Source: the human T2T-CHM13v2.0 reference genome, Homo sapiens
Strand: one strand, 5' to 3'
Length of the DNA: 64,000 bases
Assembly: GCF_009914755.1 (NCBI RefSeq)
Contig: NC_060936.1
Of the stretch, positions 27,531 to 49,307 are shown in pieces. The translations under genes were made by a program, and so were the position numbers. Under the pieces are notes generated by a model, which made no database searches, was not told the DNA's origin, and saw only the letters and a program-made list of their open reading frames with translations. Within the stretch, counting starts at the first letter, position 1, and every line of letters starts with the position of its first letter.

Positions 27531-30406
27531 GTCTGGAGTGAGACCACCTGCGTTTGAATCTCAGCTGTCACTTACTATCTGTGCAAGTTAATTCATCTCT
27601 ATGTACCTCAATTTTCCCATCTGTAAAATAGGGGTGATAGTAATAACCTACTTTGTAAGGTTGTTGTAAGCATTTAATGACTTAAATTTACCAAACAGTC
27701 CCTGGCTCATTTGTTTGCTACTTATTGCTCACTGATGCCAGAACAGGCCAGGTTCTTTTCCTGCCTGTGCTGTGCTGGGTTTTTTTTTCTCTTGGAAGGC
27801 TTTCTGCTTCCTCGCCGCCTCCTTGGGTTCTGTGTCTTCCAAAACAGCATGGCTTGTTAGAACTCCTGCCACTTTCTTTACGTAAACATTAACTTCTTGC
27901 CTTCTAGTCATCATTTCAGCATGCACACCTGAACTGTAGTTTGAAGTAGACTGAAATCAGGGCTTGTGTCTACTGTGTCTTATTTATCTATCTGTCTTCC
28001 TATCATGCCCTCTATAGATCTAATGCAGTGCCTCGCACAAGGTGGCGTTGCATAAATGCTTGTATATTAACTGATTAATGTGCCTCCCACCCTCATGCTG
28101 GGAAGTGAGGATTTTCCACATTCTTTCAGAGTCCGTAGAAGGAACAGTCACCTTTCCTCTGGTCATTCTTGAGTCCCCGTCATCTCCAGGTGATTCTCTT
28201 CAGTGTAGCACAACTCCGTCTCTTTAATTCCTATTGCCCTCCATTTCTCATGCTTTCAGAATGGGTGATGCCTCTCCCTCCAACCCAGCACGTGAGTGTT
28301 GAGATCAGCTATAATTTTGAGGCCTTAAAAGAAATGCCCTGGGTTCATTAAATTCTAATTGCATTGATGGTGAGGAAAGATAGTTGCTTTAATTAAGAAA
28401 GACCTCCCTTGGCCAATGCTGTGGTTGTGGTGGTGGTAGTGGAGAGTGCTGTTGCTGCTGCTGTGACAAATGCTGATTATTTATGTGGTTTTCAGGGGAG
28501 TTCAGAAGCATCAGTTCACACCCACAGGCAGCCCAGTCTTTGTGTCTACCAAACATCTACAGTCTGTCATTACTTTCCTTGGGAACTTACCCAAGAGGGG
28601 AAACTTTTACCAGCTTTGGATCCTACTCAAAGTTCAGGGCACATGTCTTCCAGGAAAATAAAATCCCCCCAAATAACATACCTCTGAAGGGATTAATTCT
28701 GGTTCTAATTTCTCTTTAACAGTCTGTTTCTCAACAGACCAGGGCAGAGACCCCTTCTAAGACTGATATTGAGATTATTCCATAAATAGCCCTTTCTTTT
28801 GAATTAAACATGGTCTGCCAATGAGGCCCACTTTTAAAATACTCTTGACATTTTAGAAGAAGGCCACTTAGTGAGTTGTGAACCCTTAGGGTGGATTCAT
28901 ACCGAGATACTGCAGCTCCAGGATGCTTGAAGGTGGAGGGGATGTAAGAGATGCTAGGAAGGAATGTGAGGATGTGACGGTACCATGGGGAAGTCCTGCC
29001 AACTTTACCAGTTTTCCCAAGGCCATTTGAGAAAATGGAAAGCAGGATCCAGCTCAGTTCAGAAGCATCTAAACTTTGAGTAGCTCAGAAGCCAAATGAT
29101 AAGTTGAAACTGTAATAAAAGGGCAAATCTAATTTATTTTGGTTTGCTTATTGAAGAACAAGAGAGGTAAGCTGAAAAAAGCACATCCGAGTCACACTTA
29201 GGCTTGCAAATGTGGAAAGATCCTACAAAGGCCAGTTTGCTACAGCATCTTTGGCTTAAACTTTTCCAAACCAGCAGCAGACATGCTTATTCTTTAATCT
29301 TGAGAAAAGAGTTTCTCCAGATTCCCTGGACAGCCCTCCTGGTGCCTTTCAACCCAGGCAGGTAGGAAGTTCCCTTAGCTACCCAGTGAAAATCCTCCTG
29401 CTTCCTGCAACACCTGTCCTCAATGAAGGGCAGGGAAGAGCTTGTCCTTCATTCCTCATGGACTTGCCTGCACTTGAACTGTCAGTCCTTCCTGGGAAAA
29501 TGGTTTCTCTGGGGGGGGGTACAGATGTGTCCACAGCACCATTCCCCATGGCCAAGTGCCAAGTGACGAAAGTGTCGGGCCTTTTGAAATTGTCAGAGAA
29601 ACTGATTTTCTTGTCAAGTCTCATCCTGTACAGTTGGAGGGCCAAATTCTACTTTCATGTTAGCTGCCACAGAGATCAAAGGCTGCTGACAAGGAGCTGA
29701 AGGGTTTGTGCCTGGTCTGCTTCAACCTTTCCTCAGTCCAGCATGGGGAATGCTCTTGGCTTTCGGCTTTCTTGAACTCTTATCGATCCTCCTTTGTGGG
29801 CCAACAGATGAAGGGCCTGGGAAATAATTTGAGGGATCTAACTCAGAGAGAACATTCTTACATATGCAGCGTGAGGGAGGTGAGAAACGAGAGAAGACAA
29901 GGTGAGGTATGCACAGAGCCATCCTTTGCCTCAGAAAATTCAGGCATACTAAAATAACAGGGATGTGGAGGCAGTATCAGAGGAGAAGAAAGGGTGAGAT
30001 ATCAGTGCCTGGTGGACACTAGAGGGTCTCTCTCCAGGGAATCTCCCAGCAGAAGGACTAGTCTTTTTGTTGCTCATCTTTGGGTATTGCATGAAGGTAG
30101 GGCACAAAGGAGATGACTTCTGAAGCCTCTTCTTACATCATGTAAGCCTTTGAGGGAGAGAGGAGAGTGAGTGATGAGCAAATTCAGGTCAGCAGCAACC
30201 TTAGATATATCTAAAGGTGTATAATAAGTCAAAGGTAAGACTGCAGGTAGGGGAGGTAGTGGTGCAAATGAGCATTGTAGAAATCATCCAGGTACACCAG
30301 GAAGGGGACCGTGGTGATAGATGAGGTGTGGAGCATGGCACCAGGAGAATAGTACTTCTGCATTCAAGAGGGCCCGTTGCTGGCTTTTCACTTTGAGCCT
30401 TCTCTT

Positions 30407-30491
30407 TGGTTTTTTGTGTTGCCCTCTGCTCTTTATCTACTTTTCCTTCTGGTTTTTTGTGTTGCCCTCTGCTCTTTATCTACTTTTCCTT
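30407..30491. repeat. Perfect tandem duplication, period 43 bp
   Basis: tggttttttgtgttgccctctgctctttatctacttttcctt occurs at 30407 and 30450. Confidence 0.95.
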
Positions 30492-31259
30492 TTCAATACC
30501 CCAAGTTTTTCTGACCAGAAGGAACCACCTACGTGCATTTCTTTACCCACAGGCAATCTGCAGACCTCCACTGAACCAGACAAGGTAGATTCTCATGGTA
30601 TTAGGCATTATGGGAGACACGAAAATCTCAGAAATGGGAAGAGAAAACATCTCCAGAAAAAGAGATATGGCACTGGTGTCTGATGACACCATTAGCCTGG
30701 AAAGCTTCCTTTTTACCTGGCCTGATTGTTGGGGGCTGTAAGACCCCGAGGCCAGGACCCCTCTCTATCGAGGTGGCCATATCTTCCTATTCATTCTCAA
30801 CTCATTTACTTACATGGCACTTATAATAATGTGCTATCCAATTCTATTTGGTTCTAGAGCTGTAGCAACAGGTTGGATGGTAACTTTGTGTAATTTGTGT
30901 AGAGGGGAGTCCCATTATTTTAATGTGTTTGGTTTCTACATTTCAGGTAGCAAATAGTGAGAATTCAGATAGCAAGGTATTATCCAAACATTTATCTGAA
31001 TTTACTAAGTTCCTGAGTTTAGATAGCAAAGTTTACTTATTTCCATAAAACTGACAGTGGATTTCTTGAGGATAAGCCCCATGCTTCTCTTTGTTTCTGC
31101 CTGGTACATGATGCACTGCCTAAATGCTCAATGAATAAATCAAATTATATCAAAAGGATAGAAAACACAGGTTAGCCATTGGAGTGGATGGAACAGTTGG
31201 GATTGGGCTCTAGAATATGAAAAGCATATGAAAAATAATACAAATGAATATTAAAAAAA

Positions 31260-31410
31260 GTTCTCAACCTTGGCTCTCTCTAAGAATTGTCCAGAAAGCT
31301 TTTAAAACACACTGGTGTTCAGGCCTCATTCTGAGCCAATCAACTCAGAATGGAACTATTGAAAGCTCCTCAGATGACCCCAGTGGGAATCCAGGGTTGA
31401 GAACTACCAG
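31260..31410. mobile_element. MER5A-like hAT element
   Basis: Inverted ends gttctcaacc ... ggttgagaac; internal aagctcctcagatga. Confidence 0.7.
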
Positions 31411-34400
31411 GCTAACATAATTTACTGTTTCTATTGGAAAGCTATATGGTATGCATGTCCTACTGGTAGTAGGTTTGGCCTCTACCAGCTGACACATGTT
31501 AGAAAAACCGTATTTGCATGCAGCCAGATGGGCAACACCCAGGTTTGATTAACCATCTGGGCCATTGAGAACATCAATATAACTTTATTACTTTCTTCAT
31601 TTCATGAAGATTTACTAAGCCCAGCAGCATGCTAGATGCTGGGAGGGTTATGAAAGGGCCTAAGGCAAGGCACCTTGTTTCCAGGTGAGAGACAAGGCGA
31701 AGGCCAGCACACTTGAGTCTCTGTGATGCAGTACCTCAGCAATTACATGCCAAAGTGCATAGTGGGATCAACGTGGTGGTAGGAGTGCAGAGGAGGTGGC
31801 ATATTACACAGGGAAGTCAGTCTTGAGCTGGATTTCAAAGGATGAGTGGGACTTGAAGAGATGGAGGGGAAAGAAAAGGACAATTCCAATTCCAGACACA
31901 AGTAGTAGAGGGTCTGACAGTGGCAGATTTCTCTGACCCTCCGCTGGCCCTTTGATTGCAATCAGGTCTCCTGGTGCTAGGTGGAAGTCAGATGGGGACA
32001 GCAACATCTTTCTGGTGTATGCACAGACTCCCTTTCCCTTTCCTCTCACCAGCTTCCCCCTGCTCTCCCTTTCTGGCCTCCACATGTGGACTAGAAACTC
32101 AGGATTAGAAACCCAACTTCTACCACCTACTCCAGCTCTCTTGACTTGGTGATAGAGCTGGACTTCCTTCTTGATCTTACAGTCCCCTGAGTTCTGCCCA
32201 CTCTTGATTTTAGCACCTCTGGGAACTTTCGGGGAAGGACAGTCTACTTCATGTGGCTCCTGGGCCTTTCTCCAGCTGGGCTAGCCCAACCTCCTCTCCT
32301 TCCCTCTGGCATGTACCCCAGAATTCTAATACATTGTCTCATCCAGGGCAACGAAGAAGATAGTCATGATGCCTGTTCCTACAAGAGTGCTTCTCTGCCT
32401 TTTTCTCATCATAGAATACATAAGAAAAATGAAAACATTCATATGGTAAATAGAACTAACTGTTCTCTGCCATGGTGCTGAAGTGACTGGCCCTGAGAGC
32501 TGAGGAGATCAAGATCTACCTACCTGTAACCAAGGTGTTACACCCCAGAGGAAAAGCTGTGTCCTGAACAATGCTGCCAGCAGATACCCTAAACTTGTGC
32601 CAACCTCTAGGTAAGCAGAACTGTTCCAGTTAGGGTACCCCCATCTTTAAAAAAGAGAAATATTTTAGTGGAGATACAGATGTTAAAGTCAAAATTGAGA
32701 CATTTTGGTTTTAAAAACTAGGTTTTGATAGCTCGGTAAAACCTAGGGAACTGGTTCTGACTTGGGCAAGAATATGTCTCTTCTTCATAGTTCTTGGCAA
32801 GGGGGAAAATCCTAAAGGTGCTAAAGAGTTTTGCATCACCCAGTTGGGGCAGGGCCTTCGTTTGCCAATGGGACATGTTGTCCAGCCACAGCCAAAACTA
32901 GCCCCTATCAGCAGCCATGGAGGATCTCTGATCTGGAAGTAGAATCCCATGTCTTAGTTGCAGCAAGATCGGATGGGGGCAAGGCAGCACCACGGCTGTG
33001 AAGTTCAACCGAAGAGCAAATAAGTGTTCAAGGATATGTACAAAGATCTGCTGGGGTCCAGGCAGGCAGTTGGGAAGTTGTCTAGTACGAAACAGTAGAA
33101 TGTTCCAATAGGTGGACACAATGCACCAATAGGTGATGGAGAAAGGCAACAAGCAACTCTTGAAACTTAATGTCTAGACAGGTGGATGTCTAGATACCTG
33201 AAACTCCAGGGCTGGAGCGAACAAGGCAGGTGGATACTGGAACTGCTGGGTCTTCTCTTCAGTATGACAACACCAGGGAGGGCCCAACAGGTCAGGGATC
33301 CCAGAGTCAAGCTGAGAAATCTGACTACTAGTCAAGTATTCTGTGTGAGCCAAGCAAGGGAGAAGGAGACAAGCCTGGAGTTAGGGAGGACAAGTGAAGC
33401 TAGGATGCCCCAAAGAGGGTCAGAGCTAAAGCAAATAAGCGGCCAAGAGTAATGTGTGCTCTTCAGAGTTATGGATTATGGCTTATGTATGTCTGTGTTC
33501 CTATACCTACCATAGAGCTGCCATGTGGTTGAATGAATTTTTTTTTGAATGAATGAGTGAACGAATATAGGAGCGAGGCCAAAGTCATAAGGATCAAGTG
33601 GTTCAAGCTACAGAGCCAAGGCCTGCAGAGGGTGAGAAATCAAATCCAGGTAACTTGACAAGTGTTAGCAGATGCGTCTGAAGTTCCCCTGGAAGTGTGC
33701 TGGGCTACTGGCATGGGGGGCATTACAGTCTAGACAGAACCAAGGCACAGGGCAAGTAACAGCAACAATGCCGTAGTGTTTTCAGGTTTACAAAGGGTGC
33801 TCACATACCTTATCTAGTGCATCTCAGCAACCTCCTGAGGATATGCAAGAGTGGATTAGATGTGCTCCCTGTCCTCAGACCGTGCTTTTCCTCCTTGAGT
33901 GCCAATCAGATGGAGTGGAAGCCAGTGGATTGTTTACCTATAGCACATGTGCAGTGGGAAGTCAGAAGGCCAAGAGGAGAAACTTTGGCTCCATTCAAAA
34001 GCCAGCTGTGCAAGGCTCCCTGGTGGATGAGGGACCGAGGAGCCAGAATAAATATTTAACTTTCATTTTGAAACACTGTCCTTGTGTGGCTGTCACCATT
34101 GTGTTGGACAAGATGTGGAGCTAAATATTTACACTTTCTAATTGTTCCCCAAACTGCTGGATGCCCCCAATCTACTGTAAGCTGTCTGTCTGTCTGTCTG
34201 TCTGTCTGTTTATTCATTCACTCATTTGTTCACTTACTTTCCTAATTTTAAAATGTATATGTTAGTTTGGGAAGGAGGTTGAGGGGGAGGAGAGGAGGTG
34301 CAGAGGTTGACTCAAGATTCTCTTCCATTTCAGAGAAAGGAAATAAAACCACGAGATGGAAAGTAGAGGCTGAGAAAATGCTGACTGGCTTCTAGATCTG

Positions 34401-35147
34401 TTACACACATTTGGTTTTTTTTTTTTTTTTTTACTTTTTATTTTGGAATAATTTTAGATTTACCAAAATGTTACAAAGATAGTAAAGAAAGTTCCCGTAT
34501 ATCTTTCACCCAGCTTCCCCTCATGTCAGCATCTTACGTAACGATGGTACCTTTGTCAAAACGTAGAAATTAACATTGGTACAATACGATTAACTAAGCT
34601 CCACAGTTACTGAGTGTCACCAGTGTTCTCACTACTGTCCCTTTTCTGTTCCAGGATCCAATCCTGGATACCACGTTTCATTTAGTCATCATGTCTCTTT
34701 GGTCTCATGGGATCTGTTAGCTTCTCAGTTTTTTATAACCTTAATAGTTTTAAAAGGTAGTGACTGGTTATTTTGTAGAATGTCTGTCAATTTGGGTTTT
34801 TCTGATGTTTTTCTCAGGATTAGACTAGGTGTTATGAGTTTTAGGAGAGAATACCACAGAGGTGAAGTCCTCTTAATAATCCTATCGGGATGCATGCTAT
34901 CAGCATGACTTAAGCACTGGTAAGGTTGACCTTGTTTCTCTGCTGTAAAGTTACCATTTTCCTCTTTCTATATTCTATTCTTTGGATGTAAGTTACTAAG
35001 TCCAGCCCACACTCAAAGGGAGAGGAATCAAGCTCCGTGTTCTGGAGGAGAGATTATCTACAGATATTTGAAATTATTCTCTAAGGGAGATTCGTCCCTT
35101 TTCCCCTTCTCCTCCTTTTATTTATTCAATGATTTGTGTATATCTTC

Positions 35148-35655
35148 GTATCAGTTTCCTAGGGCCGTTGTAACAAATTGCCACAAACTGGGTGGCTTAA
35201 AACAACAGAATGTTACTCTTTCATAATTTAGGATCAAGGAAGTCTGAAATCAAGGTGTTGCCAGGGTGAATTCCTTCTGGGGGCTCTGAGGGAGAATCTG
35301 TCCCATGCCTCTCTCCTGGCTTCTGATGGTTGCTCTGGGGGCTCTGAGGGAGAATCTGTCCCATGCCTCTCTCCTGGCTTCTGATGGTTGCTGGCAACCT
35401 TGGTGGACCTTGGCTTGTAGACACATCATCTTGGTCTCTGCCTGAGGTTCACACCGGCTTCTTCTCTGTTTGTGTCTCTGGGTCCTTTCCTCTTCTTATG
35501 AGAACACCGGTCATCGGATTTAAGATCACCCCTAAATCCAGGATGATTTCATATCAAGATCCTTAACTAATTACATTGGTAAAGATGCTATTTCTAAGTA
35601 AGGTCCCACTGCAAGGTTCCAGTGAACATGAATTTTGAGGACACAATTCAACTCT
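35148..35655 (-). mobile_element. MLT1 (MLT1C/D-like) ERVL-MaLR solo LTR
   Basis: gtaacaaattgccacaaactgggtggcttaaaacaacagaa...gatccttaactaattacat...gacacaattcaac. Confidence 0.85.
35276..35392. repeat. Perfect 58-bp tandem duplication inside MLT1
   Basis: tctgggggctctgagggagaatctgtcccatgcctctctcctggcttctgatggttgc occurs at 35276 and 35334. Confidence 0.95.
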
Positions 35656-38626
35656 TTATGGATGGTATGGACTCATGTATATTTATCTTTTGGATTAGAA
35701 TCAAATTATTTATTTATTTCCTCAGATTGTTTCAGCTTTGGCCATTGGGAGTTCTTCCAGAATGGCTTCAGTATCCTCTGACGTGTCTCCGTCTTTTCTT
35801 CTCTCTCTCTCTCTCTCTCTCCTGTGTGTTTTAGTACTTCCTTACTTCTAGATGCTAAAAGATACTTGGGGCTGCTCTTGTATTTTCCTTGTCCCAGCCC
35901 TAGCATCAGCCATTTCTCCACAGAGCCCTGGTTGGTTTTCTTTTATTGGAGTATGGTATTCCCTAGCACCACTGGAGATCCAAGTGCTGGTTCTGTTTGT
36001 TGCTGCTGGGCTTTCTCTGCTTCTGGGTCCTCTGTGCAGACAGAACTAGGAAATCTGTGTATTGTAATCTAACCCATCCATAAAGACATATCCCTATTCA
36101 TTTCTGTATCTACATAGCTGTTACATATTAAAATAAAGATGAGCTCTTACTGATCTCTCCTACTCTAATCCAGGACCCAGGGGGCACTTCCTGGCCCCTC
36201 CAGCTTCATTGTCACTTCTTTCTTTGACAGAGAGAAACCTGGCTCCCATTATTCACAATTTATTTACTTATTTCTTCTTCCCTGATATCATGTAAAGTAG
36301 TTTCAGAATCGTTAACCTGGACCTCTGTGAGAAACAGACTTACCAACTAGAGTACAGTGTCTTTGTATAGTTCTTTTTGTCATTAGCCTTATAGTTTCCA
36401 GTCAAAACACCATTTCCCAAAGTTACTTAGATCATCTTCTTTTTTCCACACTCCCCCTCAGTGGGGTTATGCCATACATTTTGCAATACAGTTAGATTCA
36501 TTTGTCAAAGTGTGCACTCCATTCTGGGTCCCCCTAAACATCTTGGTTGATTTTTTTGCAATTTGCATACAGTGAAGTTCAGTTCTAGGGGTTTTGAAAA
36601 GTGCACAGAGTCGGGTAACTATACCACCCAATTCCATGCAGCACCATTCCATCACCGCCAAATTTCGCTGAGCACACTATATTGTTGTCGATGAGATACT
36701 GATCATTTCTTACAGGATCCTACTCTGAGTGGGTAACATCTACAAAGAGCAGTTTCCCATCCACTACAGAAGACACAGTCTGCTATGAGATGCACATTCA
36801 TTTCGTTGCTTACAGCACATGTGGGGTGGCACTTCAAAAGGATGCAGAAAAGGAAGAAACTCTTAGGAGGCTGAATAGTATTTTGTGGCAAAATAGAGGT
36901 TTTTGAAAGCTATTTCAAACTAATAATTTGTTAATTTAATGTAACAATAAACAATATTATTTATTGACTTCCTATGTATTCATCTGGTGTTAGGCAATTT
37001 GGGAAAGACAGGAAACACATTAGCATGAGAAGGGTGGGGTTGGCAGGAGGCAATTCTAGTTAAATGTGGTGAATTGAGTGCACACATTGATATCCATGCC
37101 TTCAACCCCAGTAGCAAGATAGGACAGAATAAAAATATATCCTACGAGGACAAAAAGAGGAGCCCATACAGACAAAACACTTCAGCTAGATGAGGCTATC
37201 CCTACATATATCCGCATGGCTAACTGCCTGACTTCTCTCAGGCCTTTGCTCAAATGTCCTTTTTAATGAACCTACCTCATCCACCCCATTAAAATTACAA
37301 CCCAACACACCCCTCCCACACTTCCGATTACCTTATCCTGCTCTAATACCACACATTATGTACTTATGTATTATGCTTACTGCCTGTTTTGTTCACTGAT
37401 ACATCCCAGCCCCCTAGAATAATATTCTTCACATTGTAGGCACTTAATAAGTTAAGAACAAATTATTATTGTGGTCAATGGAAAGTTGATAAATGAATGG
37501 GAACGGACTTGGCAGAGCAGAGAAATTCATAGATACTTAAGGTAGAGGGACTAATGTGAAACCAGTCCCCTAAGGCCCAGGAGTAGGAGGCACCGAGTGC
37601 CTTGAAAGGTGGCACTATAAACCTGGGATTGTTAACAGATTATGGGAGAACCCTTTCTCCCCACCCAGGCGACCAGGACACAGCTTTTTTCCTTACTCTA
37701 GCAGAGGATCAAAGAGGTTAAACCAGAGAGAAAGATTCCTCTTTTAGGAAATTGCCTGGCTCAAGATAAAGACTCATAGGCAGTGGCATTAGGGATCAAT
37801 AAGCAATGTCTAAAAGTGAAAAATCAGGAAATAGCAGGATATTTTATTATAAGCTTTGCAATACTGTTTGACTGTCATGCACACATACTAACCTGAATAA
37901 AATAAAATTAGACTAGAAAAAGAAACAACCTAGGGACACCTATTTTGTTTGGCACCATCAAAGGAGTAAGTTGATTTCCCAGAAAATTGAAGGTTTTCTC
38001 CGAAAACCATACTTTTGTTAATAGAAATATTAAATTTTAAATGTACTTAAATATATTTTATTAAATTTATTTTATTATGGAAACATGTAAATGGACATAA
38101 AAGGAAAGAGAACAGTATACTCATCACCTAGTTTCAACAGTTATTTTTAAAATAGTTTCATCTATTTGTCTACCTATTTATGTATTTTACTAGAGATTTT
38201 TAAAACAAATTTCAGACATCACACAATTTTTCCACCAAATACTTCTGTATGTATCTTGGCAAATAAAAAAAATTAGATCACTTGTCTTATAAGATTTCTC
38301 TAACTTTGTATTTGTCAGATTATTTATTTTCTTGTGCACTTAAAGTCTTTTTCCTTTTATTTACTGTAAATTTGTAGAGCTAAGATCCAAATTAGTTTCA
38401 AGTCTATAGTGCATCATATCAGGGGACATATAATACCTGGTTGTCCCATTCTTTGTGATATGAAGTTTATTCAGTGAGTTAAGGGACTCATCCATTACTA
38501 TGTTTCCATCAGCCTTTCAATTCGTGGTCTTACCATCCATTGACATCACGAGTTCATTAGACATTGCAAAATGCCATTCCTTTTGCATATATTAATTAGC
38601 GTTCTATAAAATAGAACTTTGAACTA

Positions 38627-39138
38627 CAGCCGTGTGTCACTTAATGACAGAGATATGTTCTGAAAAATGTTGTCGTTAAGTGATTTCATCGTGTGAACAT
38701 CACAGAGTGCGCAAATACTACATGCCTAGGCATATGGGCCAGCCTTTTAGGCTACAAAACTTATAGCATGTTACTATACTGAATACTGTAGGCAGTTACA
38801 AAACAATGGTAAGTATTTGTATATGTAAACATAGCTAAGCATAGAAATGATATAGTAAAAAATATGGCATAATTTTGAGGTGGGTGGATCACTTGAGGTC
38901 AGGAGCTCGGGAACAGCCTGGCCAACATGGTGGTGTTGCACACCTGTAGTCCCAGCAACTCGGGAGGCTGAGGCAGAAGGATTGCTAGGAGGCAGAGGTT
39001 GCAGTGAGCTGAGATCGTAACACTGCACTCCAGCCTGGGTGACAGAGAGAGGCTCTGTCTGAAACAAAAACAAAAACAAAAGAGCATAATCTATAACCTT
39101 ATGGGACTACCATCATATTGTTATGTGGTGCATAACTG
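38627..39138. mobile_element. Tigger3a/MER7-like DNA transposon with nested Alu
   Basis: TA|CAG...CTG|TA termini; matches the consensus (gttctgaaaaatg, catgttactatactgaatactgtaggca, ttatgggactacc). Confidence 0.85.
38876..39081 (+). mobile_element. 5'-truncated, internally deleted Alu
   Basis: Lacks the Alu head and the central A-rich linker; TSD gcataat. Confidence 0.88.
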
Positions 39139-39289
39139 TATTGGATATCCTGGGAAAAGTAGGATAATTGCTTAATAGTGTTTCTTTATTCATTTTTGGA
39201 ATAATGCATTGATGCCCTAGCAATTTTCAAAGGTGTCCAATGAGCATTGTTTGTTGCTCTGTTTTGAGGAATCATTAAGGATTCAGGAT

Positions 39290-40107
39290 TTTTAAATCAA
39301 ACTTATTGGGGCATAATTTACATAAAGTACAATGCACACATTTTGACAAATGTATAACCTACCATATAACTACTGCCACAATCAAGACAGAACATTTCCA
39401 TGACCCCAAAGATTTTCTTTTACCCCTTTGCAGACAGTCATTCCCTCCATTTTCATCCCCAGGCAATCACACGTCTGCTTTCTTTCACTATTGATTAGTT
39501 TGCTTGTTCTAGACTTTCTTATAAGTAGACTTACACGGTAAATACTCTTTGTTTCTGACTTCTTTCACATGGCATAATGTTTTTGAGATTCCTTCATGTT
39601 ACTTGTATTAATAGTTTTTATTACTGAGTAGTATTCCATTTTATGAATATACACCAACTTGTTTATATGTTCATCTGTTAATAGATATTTAGGGTGGTGT
39701 TAGTTTTTGGCTATTAAAAATAAAACTGCTATGAGCATTTGTATACTAGCCTTTATGGGAACAAATGCTTTCATTTCTCTTGGGTAAATACTTAGGAATA
39801 GAATTTTGAATTGTGTGGTAGATGGATATTTGTGAGTAATCACTAAACTTTTTCAAAGTGGTTGCACCCTTGTCTTCCTACCAGCAATATATGAGAGTTC
39901 CACTTGTTCTATACCTTTGCAACACTTGGTCTTGTTGGTCTTTTAAAGTTTATTAATCAGTTGCTCTAGAGGGTGTGAAATGGTATCTCATTGTGATTTT
40001 AGTTTGTTCTTCCTGATAATTAATAAACCTTTCAGCATCCTTTCATGGACTTATAGGCCGTTCATACATCTTCTTTTGTAAGTGCCTGTTCAAATCTTTT
40101 GCTCATT
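39290..40107 (-). mobile_element. Old L1M (L1ME/MB-like) 3' region, resuming at ~46650-46760
   Basis: L1 ORF2-end/3'UTR motifs (gagtagtattccatt, ttttcaaagtggttg, tggtatctcattgtg). Confidence 0.7.
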
Positions 40108-46640
<6,533 letters not shown>

Positions 46641-47059
46641 AGTCATAAGTCTTTCGTTCATCTTTTATTGGGCTGTTTGTGTTCTTAGCGTTGAGTTGTA
46701 TATTCTAAATATAAGTCCTTTTTCAGATATGTGGATTGCAAATGTGTTCTCTCAACTCATGAGTTTTTATATATTGAATGGGTGTCAGCCAATTGCAGTT
46801 ATTATTCTTTTTAATGCTCTAATTGTTCTATTTTTTAAGGCAAAGTTTTTTAAAGCACATATTTCAGCTGTTTTGTATGAAAAATGTCAGAAATGTATCT
46901 GTCAAAAGCAAAATCTATGGGACCCACAATTTAGATTACCTTAAGTAAATCATGAGTGTCATCATAAATACAATTCCTTTTGGGCCTGAGGAGAGAGAAG
47001 ATGCTGACCACCTGTTTAATAAATGATTCCCTCCATCACATATGATGCTAAGGAAATAA

Positions 47060-47396
<337 letters not shown>

Positions 47397-47404
47397 CCAG
47401 AAGT

Positions 47405-48020
47405 AGAACTTCTTAAACAAAATGTGACTTGTTCTTCACACAGCTTAGGAGACTATCCGTGTATTCCAAAGTAGTTAATTGATGCAACTCAGCACATTTT
47501 TGAACTCTTCTTTGGGTGGCCTTCAGATTTCATTGAGGCGTCTTACAAGAAAATCAACTTGTGTCCTTCAACCATATTTAAAAGCAAGCGTTTAGTAAAA
47601 CTTGACTCTGGGCCAGGCACCAAACTAGATGCCTTCATATCCATTATCACACTTAATCTTACACAAATCCTAAGAGATTGGCATAATTAGCTCTACTCTA
47701 CAGATCGTGGCACCGACAGTGATAAAGATTAAGTTACATGCCTGGGGTCATGCAGTCACTAAGTAGCGAGACTGCACTTAAGCCTGGTTCTCACAGACCC
47801 CAAAGGCTGCGCTCATCACAGTATACCATAATGCCTCCCATCGTTTTTAGTGGTTTCAGAAAAATGAAATTCACTTCTGATGGCAGAAGGTTTGCAAGCT
47901 TTTTATACACTGTGGACTCCAAGGTTCATTTGGAAGAGCTTTCAAAACTGTTCTTAACAATGGCAGCTCCCAGAATAAGTGACCATTCTCCCAGAGTGAT
48001 TGCTTCAGAGAAGACTTAGT
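47405..48020. mobile_element. Possible ancient mariner (MARNA-like) fragments flanking a MIR
   Basis: tttcaaaactgttcttaacaatggcagc...gaataagtg...cccagagtgattgcttc resembles the mariner 3' end; a reverse-like piece lies at 47405-47560. Confidence 0.4.
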
Positions 48021-48626
48021 GTTTCTCAGGGCAAATACCTTATTGTTTTTTTCACACCCTTTCTGCCTCTTTCGTTCTTTTTTGTTGCCTGTCCATTTTT
48101 ACTCCTGTGAATATTTCCTGGTTTCTAATGTTCCTAATGTAATGTTTTTGTTTGCATTTGGTGGAGCGAGGGGAGCGGGAGTTGAGAGGGTTTGAGCCAC
48201 TGCAGGTATTCAGATCTCAGTGATTTCTTTTGACTGCTAAGAGACCTTCCATGTAGTCTGTGGCCTAATTTTGAAAGTGTCTCAGTTTGGGACTTTTGAC
48301 TTTTTTTGAAGTTAAACTTTTTATTTTGAGAATATTGTAGATTCACGTACCATGGTAAAAAATAATACAGAGAAATCCTAAGTACCCCTTACCTAGTATC
48401 CCCGAGTGGTGACATCTTTCAACGTTATAATACAATAGTACTACGGTAGAATATTACAACCAGGATATTGACATTGATACAGTAAAGATGCAAAACATCA
48501 CCACTTTGCAGTCTGTCAATGAAACAAAATAACACTTGTACCCCATAAATTTATACAAATACAAATAAACAATTTTTAAAAACAAACAGAACATTTCTGT
48601 GACCATAAGGATCCTTTGTGTTGCCC

Positions 48627-49307
<681 letters not shown>

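Larger units (their letters stand above)
34415..36660 (-). mobile_element. Old L1M (L1MC-type) 3' region interrupted by MLT1
   Basis: Poly(T) followed by ttttattttggaataattttagatttac...cacccagcttcccc, typical of L1MC 3' UTRs. Confidence 0.7.
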
